DNA of 64,000 bases, from assembly GCA_965248925.1 (NCBI GenBank), contig CBDFLE010000006.1:4416001-4480000 (forward strand), in the 5' to 3' direction. A program made the translations under genes and the position numbers. This document shows positions 1-8,233 of the stretch, in pieces (position 1 is the first letter of the stretch; each line of letters opens with the position of its first letter). Source of the DNA: Candidatus Multivoradales bacterium (GTDB lineage Bacteria > Acidobacteriota > Thermoanaerobaculia > Multivoradales > J023). The notes below the pieces were generated by a model. The model had not been told where the DNA came from. It did no database searches and saw only the letters and a list, made by a program, of their open reading frames with translations.

Positions 1-153
1 ATCTTCTTGCATGCGCAGTAAACGCTGTTCATAGGCGCGAAAGGTTAGCAAACCGAGCGCTGGCAGGAAGATCAGCAGGACGTTGAAAGCTAACAGCCGG
101 ATCCAGATGCGGGAGAGAAAACGCAGGAGCCTGTGCAGTGCTAGCCTCGACAA
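1..153 (-). CDS. Sensor histidine kinase, ChvG-like, 5' part only (runs off the window)
   Basis: Not in the ORF track. Manual translation from TTG at 153, preceded by GGAGG: LSRLALHRLLRFLSRIWIRLLAFNVLLIFLPALGLLTFRAYEQRLLRMQED. This is an N-terminal TM helix directly downstream of the response regulator. Confidence 0.7.
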   Translation of the reverse strand, partial: MSRLALHRLLRFLSRIWIRLLAFNVLLIFLPALGLLTFRAYEQRLLRMQED

Positions 154-167
154 GAGTTCCTCGCCTC

Positions 168-884
168 CTAGGCTTCGCGAAGGCGGTAGCCGAGGCCGTA
201 GACGGTCTCGATGCCATCGAAGTCACGGTCTGCCAGGGCTAGCTTCTTGCGCAAGCGCTTGATGTGGCTGTCGATGGTGCGGTCGCTGACGTAGGTGTCA
301 TGGGGGTAGCCTTCCTGCATCAGCTGCTCGCGAGTCTTGACATGGCCGGGGCGGTGGGCGAGAGCGCGCAGGATCCTGAATTCGGTGACCGTCAGGGCCA
401 GGGCGGTGCCGTTGAGCGTCGCGGTGTAGCGTTGCAGGTCCAGAGCCAGGGGGCCGCTCTCAAGGAGCTTGTCGACGGAGTCATTCGTACTCTGACCGGT
501 GCTCAATGCTAGGCGCCGAAATAGTACCTTGACCCGCGCTGTCAGCTCGCGCATCGAGAACGGCTTGCAGAGGTAGTCGTCAGCTCCTAATTCGAGACCG
601 AGGACGCGATCAAACTCCTCGTCACGGGAGGTCAGAAAGAGGATGGGCAGGCTTTCTGAAAGACCGCGCAGTCGGCGGCAGAGTTCGAGCCCGTCCATCC
701 TTGGCATCAGAATATCGAGAATCACCACGTCGGCGAGGTTGCTCTCGAGGGCCTGCCAGGCATCTTGCCCATCGCTGAAGGCTTCTACCCGATAGCCTTC
801 CCGGCGCAGGGCGAAGCCCACGGTTTCTCGGATCGTCTCTTTGTCGTCGACCAGCGCAATAAAACCTGAATCAGTCGCGTGCAT
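168..884 (-). CDS. OmpR/PhoB-family response regulator, ChvI-like
   Basis: Receiver motifs LVDD, ILDILMP, GADDYLCKPF; winged helix LTVTEF...DRTIDSHIKRLRKK...IETVYGLGY. Confidence 0.93.
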   Translation of the reverse strand: MHATDSGFIALVDDKETIRETVGFALRREGYRVEAFSDGQDAWQALESNLADVVILDILMPRMDGLELCRRLRGLSESLPILFLTSRDEEFDRVLGLELGADDYLCKPFSMRELTARVKVLFRRLALSTGQSTNDSVDKLLESGPLALDLQRYTATLNGTALALTVTEFRILRALAHRPGHVKTREQLMQEGYPHDTYVSDRTIDSHIKRLRKKLALADRDFDGIETVYGLGYRLREA

Positions 885-935
885 GGCCCAAATCTACCGC
901 AGGGGAGGGCTCGAGACCAGCTGCCGGCGCGGCAG

Positions 936-2072
936 TCATTGCAGGCTGGCGAGGATCCGCCGGTAAGTGGCATAGCGAGCTTCCGAGATTCGCCCTTGTT
1001 CGACGGCTGCCAACACCGCGCACTGCGGTTCGTGTACATGGCTGCAATTGCCGAAACGGCAGCCGCTGGCGTAGCTCCGCAGGTCTTCGAAATAGCTACC
1101 CAACTGCTGCCGTTCGAGCTGCCACAGACCCAGTTCGCGAATGCCCGGTGTATCGATCAGGCGGATATCGCCAGCCAAGTGGTGCAAGCTCGACCGGGTG
1201 GTGGTGTGACGACCCTTGCCCCAGGTTTCGCTAATCGTGCCGGTGGTGGCAGCAAACTCAGGCGCAAGAGCATTGAGCAAGGAAGACTTGCCAACTCCAC
1301 TATGACCGGCGAAGACCGCTGTGCGCCCGGTCAAAGCGGCGCGCAGAGGTTGCAGGCTGGCGGGGTCTTTGGCGCTGCAGAGGATGACCGTCAGACCGAG
1401 CTGACGGTAGGGTTCGAGGGCCTCGTCGAGTTCAGCCCGCCGCTGCCGCTCGCTCGCTGGATCTTCGCTGAGCAGATCACTCTTGTTGATCACTAACAGG
1501 GCTTCAGCGCCGCCCCGCTCAGTAGCGATCAGGAATCGGTCCACCAAGGCAGCGCTGAAGGCCGGGTCGCGGACCGAGCTGACTTGCACCACCACGTCGA
1601 CGTTGGCGGCGATCAGTCGTTCCTCGCGCGGGTTGTGCGGGTCGGGTCGGGAAAGCAAGGTGCGTCGTGGCTCGATGGTGGTGAGACGATAGGCGTCGCC
1701 GTGTTGGGCGAAGCACACCTCGTCTCCCACCGCCAGGTGGGAGCGCTGCTGATGGGCAATTCGCGAGGGCAAGACACAATCGATCACCTCGCCGTCGCTC
1801 TCAACGGCGCAGATCGCTGAACCCAGCGCCACCACCACGCCATGCTGGTCCGGTTGCGTGGAATCCTTGGTGGCGGGTTTGGGGACTTCGCTAGTACTGC
1901 TGGTCGGTCGGCTGGGTGGGGCGTCGTCGGCTTCCAATCCGGCTGCCCAATCGCTGCTGTCGGAGGCCCCCTTGTAGAGTTGGCGCACCTGCTGCTCCAG
2001 CTTGCGGCGCTGGTGCCCGGCCAAACTTCGGCCGCCGCCTTTGATGCGTTTACGTTGCGCGCGGCGGGCCAT
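936..2072 (-). CDS. rsgA: Ribosome small subunit-dependent GTPase A
   Basis: OB-fold VGDEV; permuted GTPase motifs NKSDL, GHSGVGKSSLLN, GRHTT, DTPG; zinc finger CRFGNCSHVHEPQC. Confidence 0.95.
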   Translation of the reverse strand: MARRAQRKRIKGGGRSLAGHQRRKLEQQVRQLYKGASDSSDWAAGLEADDAPPSRPTSSTSEVPKPATKDSTQPDQHGVVVALGSAICAVESDGEVIDCVLPSRIAHQQRSHLAVGDEVCFAQHGDAYRLTTIEPRRTLLSRPDPHNPREERLIAANVDVVVQVSSVRDPAFSAALVDRFLIATERGGAEALLVINKSDLLSEDPASERQRRAELDEALEPYRQLGLTVILCSAKDPASLQPLRAALTGRTAVFAGHSGVGKSSLLNALAPEFAATTGTISETWGKGRHTTTRSSLHHLAGDIRLIDTPGIRELGLWQLERQQLGSYFEDLRSYASGCRFGNCSHVHEPQCAVLAAVEQGRISEARYATYRRILASLQ

Positions 2073-2081
2073 CGTCGGTGC

Positions 2082-3431
2082 TCAGCAGGTAGTGGCCAGG
2101 CGCCGTTCTTGGACTTCGAGGCCGTGACGTTCGAGTTCGGCCAAGATTGGGCGGTAGATCTCTGCCGCGGTGGGGATCCTGCTGCCGGTGGCACGCAATG
2201 TGCCATCGAGGATGAACCTGCTGGCCACCGCCGCCGGCAGACCGACGGTCGTTGCCATGGCGGTGAAGCCGTCTGGCTGGCCTAGGTTGACGAAGGTCGA
2301 ATCGAGGCATTCGCGACGGTCGCCCTGTTGCGGATAGCGGACTTGCAGCTGGTGATAGAGGACCACCAGATCGCGCCCTCCGGGGGGTAGCGGCAGGCGT
2401 TGGCTGAGCAGACGGACCAGCGCTTCGGCGGGGCGCTGCACCTCGCCGCCGATGACTTCATCGTCGAACAGCCCCAACCAGCGGAGTTGATCAAAGACCG
2501 CTGAATCCACCGCCAGTCCGAGCAGCTTGGCGGTGCGCTCTTCCAAGCTGCCCTCGGCGGTGTGGGGCACGAACATGTCAGTGAGTTCGGCGAAAGTGCG
2601 CTGGCCGAGGTCTGAGATCTCCATCACCTCATTGGGCAAACCGAGCTGGACGATCTGATGCCAGAGCTGACAGAAGCCTGGCCAGCGCAAGGTGCCACGG
2701 ATCAAGGTGTGGCTGGTCTCGAGGCCAAGAGTCGAGCGGTAGGAGACCGAATCGCGGTTGGGATAGGCGTCGAATTGGCCGAGTCCCGGTATTTCGACCG
2801 GCCAAGTAGTGTCGAATACCCGATGCCAAGGCACCGCGTGCAGCCGGTCGTTGTGCAGGTATTCGGCGCCATCGCGAGCCGCCATGACGACGTTGCGCGC
2901 ATTCCAGGTAATGCAGTAATGCAGTGGATTGCTGTCGACTTCGGGGGCCGGCAGACCTCCGCCGTAACTGACGAAGCTCTCCACCACGCCGCCCTCGTCC
3001 TCGACTTGTTGAATGATCGCTCGGGCGGTCATCAAGTCGATACCTGGGTCGAGGCCGACCTCTGCTAGTAGCAGAACGCCTTGACGTCGAGCTTCCACGT
3101 CCAGTTGGTGAGTCTCGACATGGCGGTAGGAGGCCGACACCATCGGCCGGCCCGCCTTCAGGCAGTCACGCGCCACCATGGGCTGAAACGGTGGCGGCAG
3201 CAGGTGAACGACCAGGTCGGCAGCGTCGATCAGCGGCCGGCGTTGCGATTCGTCGAGGATGTCGAGTGCCACGCTGCGGCCACGGCTGTGGCCGCCGACC
3301 CGATCGGCTGCTGCTGCCGGGTCACGATCGGCCACCAAGACTTCCAACTCCAGCTCTTGAGCATGCTCGAGCAGATGGTGGATCAGGTAGGGGCTGCTCT
3401 GGCCAGCGCCGAGAACCAGGGCTGTTCTCAT
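2082..3431 (-). CDS. Saccharopine dehydrogenase family oxidoreductase
   Basis: Rossmann VLGAG; EVGLDPGIDLM, SYGGGLP, AYPNRDS, RGTLR, TAMATTVGLP. ATG at 3431 has a GGAG RBS. Confidence 0.9.
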   Translation of the reverse strand: MRTALVLGAGQSSPYLIHHLLEHAQELELEVLVADRDPAAAADRVGGHSRGRSVALDILDESQRRPLIDAADLVVHLLPPPFQPMVARDCLKAGRPMVSASYRHVETHQLDVEARRQGVLLLAEVGLDPGIDLMTARAIIQQVEDEGGVVESFVSYGGGLPAPEVDSNPLHYCITWNARNVVMAARDGAEYLHNDRLHAVPWHRVFDTTWPVEIPGLGQFDAYPNRDSVSYRSTLGLETSHTLIRGTLRWPGFCQLWHQIVQLGLPNEVMEISDLGQRTFAELTDMFVPHTAEGSLEERTAKLLGLAVDSAVFDQLRWLGLFDDEVIGGEVQRPAEALVRLLSQRLPLPPGGRDLVVLYHQLQVRYPQQGDRRECLDSTFVNLGQPDGFTAMATTVGLPAAVASRFILDGTLRATGSRIPTAAEIYRPILAELERHGLEVQERRLATTC

Positions 3432-3554
3432 GGTCGTCACTCCGGAGTGCGGATGGTGTTCGCAGATCAGGTTAGGGAGAAAATCAGGCTAGCTGCGAGT
3501 GGATAGCTGATTCTAGCCCAACGACCTAGTCCGTCGCGAGAAGCCCTCTAACCG

Positions 3555-3610
3555 CTAGTGCCGAGCCCGAGGGCCCGGCACTAGGGGGAGAAGAAGAAGC
3601 TGAGGACACT
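3555..3610 (-). ncRNA. Candidate sigma54-dependent small RNA or structured leader (CU-rich tract plus GC hairpin)
   Basis: Lies just downstream of a -24/-12 motif. Reads AGUGUCCUCAGCUUCUUCUUCUCCCC followed by the stem CUAGUGCCGGGCCC-UC-GGGCUCGGCACUAG, which pairs fully (with one G-U) only on the minus strand. Confidence 0.4.
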
Positions 3611-3620
3611 TCAGGGTTTG

Positions 3621-3637
3621 AGCACAAGCCGTGCCAG
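3621..3637 (-). promoter_or_regulatory. Sigma54 (-24/-12) promoter
   Basis: Minus strand CTGGCACGGCTTGTGCT closely matches YTGGCACG-N4-TTGCW with exact GG-N10-GC spacing; intergenic. Confidence 0.65.
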
Positions 3638-3851
3638 GTCGGTAGTCGGGGCTTATAGGCCGCTCTCATGGAGCTGCGGAGGCTCCTAGAATCAAGGGTT
3701 CGGTGGCGTTGTCCGACTCTCACTCTGGGCTCGCTGAGGAGTCCCGCAAGGCTTCTATCGCCCACTGAGCAGGAAACCCCGTGTCAGTTTGGGGACAGTC
3801 GTGCCGCTTTGGCAGTCGGCCACACCAGCGATTCGTCTGAGATTTCTTTAG

Positions 3852-4244
3852 TCAGCGGTCGCGGTCCCTGGCCGGGGGGGCTGGCTTGGGGTTGCTGATC
3901 AGGCCCTTGTCCTCCAGCTCCAGCAGAGCGGCGTCATAGCGTGCCATGCGTTCGCGAATTTCGTCGAGGGGCGGCCGCGGGTCGGGATTCTCAAGCGAGC
4001 CCCCGAATAGTTTGGCGAAAAAGTCCCTCGGTGATATTTCGATCGCCATCAAGATGCCCAAAACATGGCGTATTGAAAGAGTGATGTGGCCCTGCAGCAC
4101 CTGGCTGACGTAGCCGCGTTTGAAGCCGTTGAGCTGCTCGATCCGTCGCTGAGTCGTGCCACAGCCGCGCACTAGCGAGAGGAGCTCTTGGCGGACTCGT
4201 TCGGCGTCTTGATCGCGTTCTTGCTCAAAGATGGTGAAATTCAT
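3852..4244 (-). CDS. XRE/Cro-like helix-turn-helix protein
   Basis: TQRRIEQLNGFKRGYVSQVLQG...ILMAIEISPRDFF pattern; GGAGG RBS upstream of ATG. Confidence 0.75.
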   Translation of the reverse strand: MNFTIFEQERDQDAERVRQELLSLVRGCGTTQRRIEQLNGFKRGYVSQVLQGHITLSIRHVLGILMAIEISPRDFFAKLFGGSLENPDPRPPLDEIRERMARYDAALLELEDKGLISNPKPAPPARDRDR

Positions 4245-4298
4245 CGCACCTCCATGTTAGCCGGTTCCCGTCCAACAGCGTGAATCACACAACTACGA

Positions 4299-4327
4299 TT
4301 GAAATATGCGATTCATCGTGAGATACT
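4299..4327 (+). promoter_or_regulatory. Sigma70-type promoter overlapping an imperfect inverted repeat
   Basis: TTGAAA-N17-GATACT with TG upstream of the -10; inverted repeat TGAATCACA (4281) / TGCGATTCA (4307) brackets the -35. Confidence 0.5.
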
Positions 4328-4396
4328 AGATGAAGTTACGCTGGAGTTGCGCCTCCAGCATTCATCCAACCCTCCACTCAATCGACAAGGGGAGCC

Positions 4397-4888
4397 ATGA
4401 TTAGTTTCGTACAACCTATTCCATTTCTGATTCCAGCCTGTTTGCAGTTCGCTGCGGGGGAACTCAGCCATTTAGTAGTCCTGGGAGAAGTCGGCGTAGG
4501 GTGCCCCAGGGAAGATCCAGCTTTGCTCGCCGAGCCTACAGAGCCGTTGGCGAAAGGCGCCTCGCCGCTCTTCTCGATCCGGGTGCCGAAAGAAGCCGCG
4601 GTGGTCGCTTGCCCCTACTCCGGTCAGCGTTTTTATGCCGCTGGGCCAACCGCTTACCAGGACGACCAACCGATTTCCGACCTGGCGATGCTCGGTCGCT
4701 GTCGTGAGCTGGGAATGCTGCTGGCTTTGGCAGCGGTTACTCGGGCTTGTGGAGCACTCTCGTTGGCCGCTCCCGAAGTCGGCCGCGAAGCGCTGGTTCA
4801 GCTGGCGGCCTTCGCCCGAGTCTATGAGACGTACACTGCCAAATCGGGTCCCCAGCGCCCCTTTAACCTACCGCATGAGGACACCTAA
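4397..4888 (+). CDS. Hypothetical protein divergent from the HTH gene
   Basis: 163-aa ORF with AAGGGGGAG RBS and upstream promoter; no recognisable motif. Confidence 0.6.
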   Translation: MISFVQPIPFLIPACLQFAAGELSHLVVLGEVGVGCPREDPALLAEPTEPLAKGASPLFSIRVPKEAAVVACPYSGQRFYAAGPTAYQDDQPISDLAMLGRCRELGMLLALAAVTRACGALSLAAPEVGREALVQLAAFARVYETYTAKSGPQRPFNLPHEDT

Positions 4889-4929
4889 GACGACCGATCT
4901 AACTAGTGCAGCTGGCTCCTTAACTCCGG

Positions 4930-5910
4930 TCAGGGCAGTAGATCTCTGATTGCTTCCCGCTCTTCGCGGAGCTCGTCTTCCGTGGCTTGCAGACGTTGTT
5001 GGCTGAAATCATCGATTTCAAGATCATCCACGATCTCATATGCACCGTCAGAGCAGCGCACTGGGAAGGAGAAGACCACACCTTCTTTGATGCCATAGCT
5101 GCCGTCGCTGGGTATGGCCATGCTCAGCCAGTCGTCGGCTGGTGAGCCCTGCACCCAGTTGCGCACATGGTCCAGTGCAGCGGAGGCGGCCGAAGCGGCT
5201 GAAGAGGCGCCGCGAGCTTTGATGATGGCACTGCCGCGTTTCTGAACCGTCGGAATGAAGGTTTCGGCGATCCAGTTCTGATCGACCAGATCTTTGGCCG
5301 CGGTGCCATCGACAGTGCAGTGGCTGAGATCAGGGTACTGAGTCGAAGAGTGATTGCCCCAGATAGTCATCTGGCGAATATCAGTCACATGTTTGCCGGT
5401 CTTCGCGGCTAACTGGCCGATGGCGCGGTTGTGATCCAGCCGAGTCATGGCAGTGAACTGTCTCGGGTTGAGGTCGGGGGCGTTGTGGCTGGTGATCAGG
5501 GCGTTGGTGTTGGCCGGGTTGCCGACGACCAAGACCTTGATCTTCTTGTCCGCATGGTCGTTGATCGCCTTGCCCTGAGCTGAGAAAATCTTGGCGTTGG
5601 CGCTCAACAGATCCTTGCGCTCCATTCCTGGCCCTCGCGGGCGGGCACCGACCAGGAGGGCGATCTGAGCGCCTGAGAAAGCCTCTTCGGGACGGTCGCT
5701 CTGGGTCACGCTATCGAGCAGCGGGAAGGCGCCGTCGGCAAGTTCCATAGCGCTGCCGCGGAGCGCATCCATCGCTGGGGGAATTTCGAGAAGTTGTAAG
5801 CTAACCGGCTGGTTCGGACCGAGCAGATTGCCTGCCGCGATACGGAAGATGAGCTGATATCCAATCTGGCCAGCGGCGCCAGTCACCGCGACGCGCACGG
5901 GTTGGGTCAT
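4930..5910 (-). CDS. mdh: Malate dehydrogenase (type 2)
   Basis: [53 protein letters not shown] at 5910 follows AGGAG. Confidence 0.97.
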   Translation of the reverse strand: MTQPVRVAVTGAAGQIGYQLIFRIAAGNLLGPNQPVSLQLLEIPPAMDALRGSAMELADGAFPLLDSVTQSDRPEEAFSGAQIALLVGARPRGPGMERKDLLSANAKIFSAQGKAINDHADKKIKVLVVGNPANTNALITSHNAPDLNPRQFTAMTRLDHNRAIGQLAAKTGKHVTDIRQMTIWGNHSSTQYPDLSHCTVDGTAAKDLVDQNWIAETFIPTVQKRGSAIIKARGASSAASAASAALDHVRNWVQGSPADDWLSMAIPSDGSYGIKEGVVFSFPVRCSDGAYEIVDDLEIDDFSQQRLQATEDELREEREAIRDLLP

Positions 5911-6187
5911 GTCTAGGCTCTCCTGAGGTCGAGTTAGGCGATGCAAGCTCTTTCAACGGTGGCTCCCTACTAGGGGAGAGCGCTGATCCCTAGCAGGCAA
6001 TGCTGAGGGTTTGAAAGAGCTGAAGTCCGAAGCTCGGACGGACGGCCGATGCTAGCACAGCCTGCTTTGGGTGGACCGTCCGCCAGCTGTAGACTCGCAT
6101 TCCTCTGAGGTGGTGGGTTACAGAACTGCTATGATGTGGCGCCATAGAGAATTTTCCGCTGAACGCCAGATTCAGGAGCCTTCAATC

Positions 6188-7036
6188 ATGAAGTCAACCG
6201 TCCGTCGATTTCGGAATGCTGGGTGCGTTCAACTAGTAGTCATGCTCATCGCTGGCGCTGCCTGTGCCTTGGCTGCGGAGGTCCAGCAGCGGGACGCCAA
6301 GACCGCCACCGCAGCTGCACGCCTGCTGCTGCCTTTCTACAAGATCGACACCGTCCGTCCGCTCGGCACCACCACTCTTTTCTCGCTTCGCAATGAGGCG
6401 GATGCGCCGGTGGAGGTGGTCTTGGAGTACCACCAGACCGACCAGCCGGCGGTGACTCAGCTGACTCAGCAGGTGACGCTGGCGGCAAAGCAAGTGATGC
6501 CGATCAACCTCCGTGACATTCCTGGCCTGTTCGTTGACGAAGATGGTATCAAGCGGGGATACCTGGTGATGCGCACGACCTCAGGAGACCCGGTGCTGCA
6601 GGGTGACTTCTACCTGGTCACCCCGGAGGAGGGTTTCGCTAGCGGCGATCGGTTGATCAACCTGGATGGGAGTAGCCAGCACATCGACCTGTGTCGCAAT
6701 TTCAGTGTGCGCTTCCTCAACGGGGGAGTGTTCAGCGGCGGCACTCTGTTTACTATTTGGTTGGATCGAGATACGCCGCCGGATACCTCGGTCGCGGCGT
6801 TGACCTACCGGGTGTATGGGGAATCGGGCGGTGCGCCGGTGTTGCAGCAAGCTCTCTTTGTTGGCGACGTGGCCTTCCAGGTCAGTGCCGCCACGTTGAC
6901 TTCCCTGACGTCGGTAGACTTTGGGGCGATCGAATTCGAGTTCAATGGCGCCGACGGATTCGTCTCAGCAGTGCTCGATGCCAACGGTCTATACTCGGTG
7001 GGCCTGCCCGCGGCCTGCCTCGATGCCCAGCAATGA
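6188..7036 (+). CDS. Secreted beta-rich hypothetical protein
   Basis: AGGAG RBS, signal peptide, then RLLLPFYKIDT...GTTTLFSLRN and a beta-strand-rich body with Cys near the C-terminus. Confidence 0.7.
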   Translation: MKSTVRRFRNAGCVQLVVMLIAGAACALAAEVQQRDAKTATAAARLLLPFYKIDTVRPLGTTTLFSLRNEADAPVEVVLEYHQTDQPAVTQLTQQVTLAAKQVMPINLRDIPGLFVDEDGIKRGYLVMRTTSGDPVLQGDFYLVTPEEGFASGDRLINLDGSSQHIDLCRNFSVRFLNGGVFSGGTLFTIWLDRDTPPDTSVAALTYRVYGESGGAPVLQQALFVGDVAFQVSAATLTSLTSVDFGAIEFEFNGADGFVSAVLDANGLYSVGLPAACLDAQQ

Positions 7037-7133
7037 GCACCCGTGAGGACGCATTGTCAGCCGACGGCTACGTCCTCGGGCGGGGACGTCTCGGCTAGAT
7101 ACTGAGCTTCCAATGAGGGTCTTGGATAGAGTG

Positions 7134-7202
7134 TAACCTGTTGATTATGCTTGACTTAATGGATTTTTGTTGAGCAATTTCAAAGTTGGCTTGATCTTCG
7201 CA
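7134..7202 (+). promoter_or_regulatory. Candidate IHF site plus sigma54 promoter
   Basis: Minus strand AATCAA-CAGG-TTA (7134-7146) matches WATCAR-N4-TTR. An AT-rich tract follows, then TGGCTTGATCTTCGCA (GG-N10-GC) at 7187-7202. Confidence 0.4.
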
Positions 7203-7227
7203 GCTAGCAATGAGCAGGAGGTTAGCC

Positions 7228-8157
7228 ATGAAAGAAAGACCGAAGAACCACCGATATGAGAACCCCAGCTGGAGCCGGCTACGGCACGGACTGGTGCTAG
7301 CCTCGGCTGTTGCCTTGGCCGCTACATTCACTGTTAGTACAGCGTCGGCGGAAGCAGAGCGCGAGCGCTCTTACCGCTCCGAGGACAGGGCCCGTCGAGG
7401 TGCCTCGGCGCGCCGCTCCGGCCAATCGCGTGAACGGGCCGCCGTCGGCCACCGCGGTCAAACTGAGGAGCGTAGTAGATCCCACGTCCGGCGCAATGAA
7501 CGTCGTCGCGACGAGGGCCGGCGCGGCGAGCGGAATCGCCCCGACCGCCGCCGCCGCGAGACCCACCGCAACGATACTCGCCGGAACGATCATCACCGTG
7601 CCGATCGCAACCGCTCAGACCGTTACCGCGCCGATCGCAACCGCTCGGACCGTTACCGCGCCGATCGCAACCGCTCGGACCGTTACCGCGCCGATCGCAA
7701 CCGCTCGGACCGTTACCGCGCAGACCAACGGCACCACAATTCTCGGCGCCGCGATGGCTACTCCAGTCGCTATCGCTACGACCGCAACCGCTATGATGGC
7801 CGTCACGGCAGCCATCGCTATCCCAAGTACCAATACCGCGGCCGATACCACACCTACTCGCACCCGCGGCACTACTTCACCTACGACAGCCATCGCTATC
7901 GTCGGCACCGGGCTTTCGAGGTTCCGCTGCGCATTCTCGGCGCTCTGTTGCACGACTACGACTCCTACCACCACTCACGGGTCTACTACTCGAGCCATGG
8001 GCACTACCACTCCATCTATCGCTTCCCGGTCTACCTGGACGAAGGGGTGCTCTACCGGCCCTACTCCTACTGCGAGGGTGAGTATTTCGAGTCCGGCTTG
8101 TTCTACGATCAAGGGCCGCGGTTCGGGCTGGGACTGAACCTCGACATCCGCTTCTGA
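7228..8157 (+). CDS. Secreted low-complexity Arg/Asp- and His/Tyr-rich protein
   Basis: AGGAGG RBS; hydrophobic signal LVLASAVALAATFTVSTASA; Arg-rich repeats; Tyr/His-rich tail ending FGLGLNLDIRF; terminator follows. Confidence 0.75.
   Translation: MKERPKNHRYENPSWSRLRHGLVLASAVALAATFTVSTASAEAERERSYRSEDRARRGASARRSGQSRERAAVGHRGQTEERSRSHVRRNERRRDEGRRGERNRPDRRRRETHRNDTRRNDHHRADRNRSDRYRADRNRSDRYRADRNRSDRYRADRNRSDRYRADQRHHNSRRRDGYSSRYRYDRNRYDGRHGSHRYPKYQYRGRYHTYSHPRHYFTYDSHRYRRHRAFEVPLRILGALLHDYDSYHHSRVYYSSHGHYHSIYRFPVYLDEGVLYRPYSYCEGEYFESGLFYDQGPRFGLGLNLDIRF
7601..7720 (+). repeat. 30-bp tandem repeat x4 (in frame, ADRNRSDRYR)
   Basis: CCGATCGCAACCGCTC(A/G)GACCGTTACCGCG four times head-to-tail, with one substitution in copy 1. 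Confidence 0.97.
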
Positions 8158-8183
8158 GTTGTCGCCCGATACGGTCAATTGGC

Positions 8184-8215
8184 AACGCCCCGCGATGGAC
8201 CCATCGCGGGGCGTT
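8184..8215. terminator. Hairpin between convergent genes, probable bidirectional terminator
   Basis: AACGCCCCGCGATGG-AC-CCATCGCGGGGCGTT perfect inverted repeat. Confidence 0.75.
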
Positions 8216-8233
8216 TGTGCTGAGGCCGCTGCT

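Noticed and set aside
3852-4888. Prophage immunity region
   Set aside because: No integrase, structural or replication genes nearby; flanked by housekeeping genes.
7601-7720. 30-bp repeats as a CRISPR array
   Set aside because: Head-to-tail with no spacers, in frame within a CDS, and no cas genes.
7310-8137. Alternative-frame Ala/Thr-rich ORF (VTAPIATART repeats)
   Set aside because: Shadow of the Arg-rich gene, which has the RBS, signal peptide and terminator-adjacent stop.
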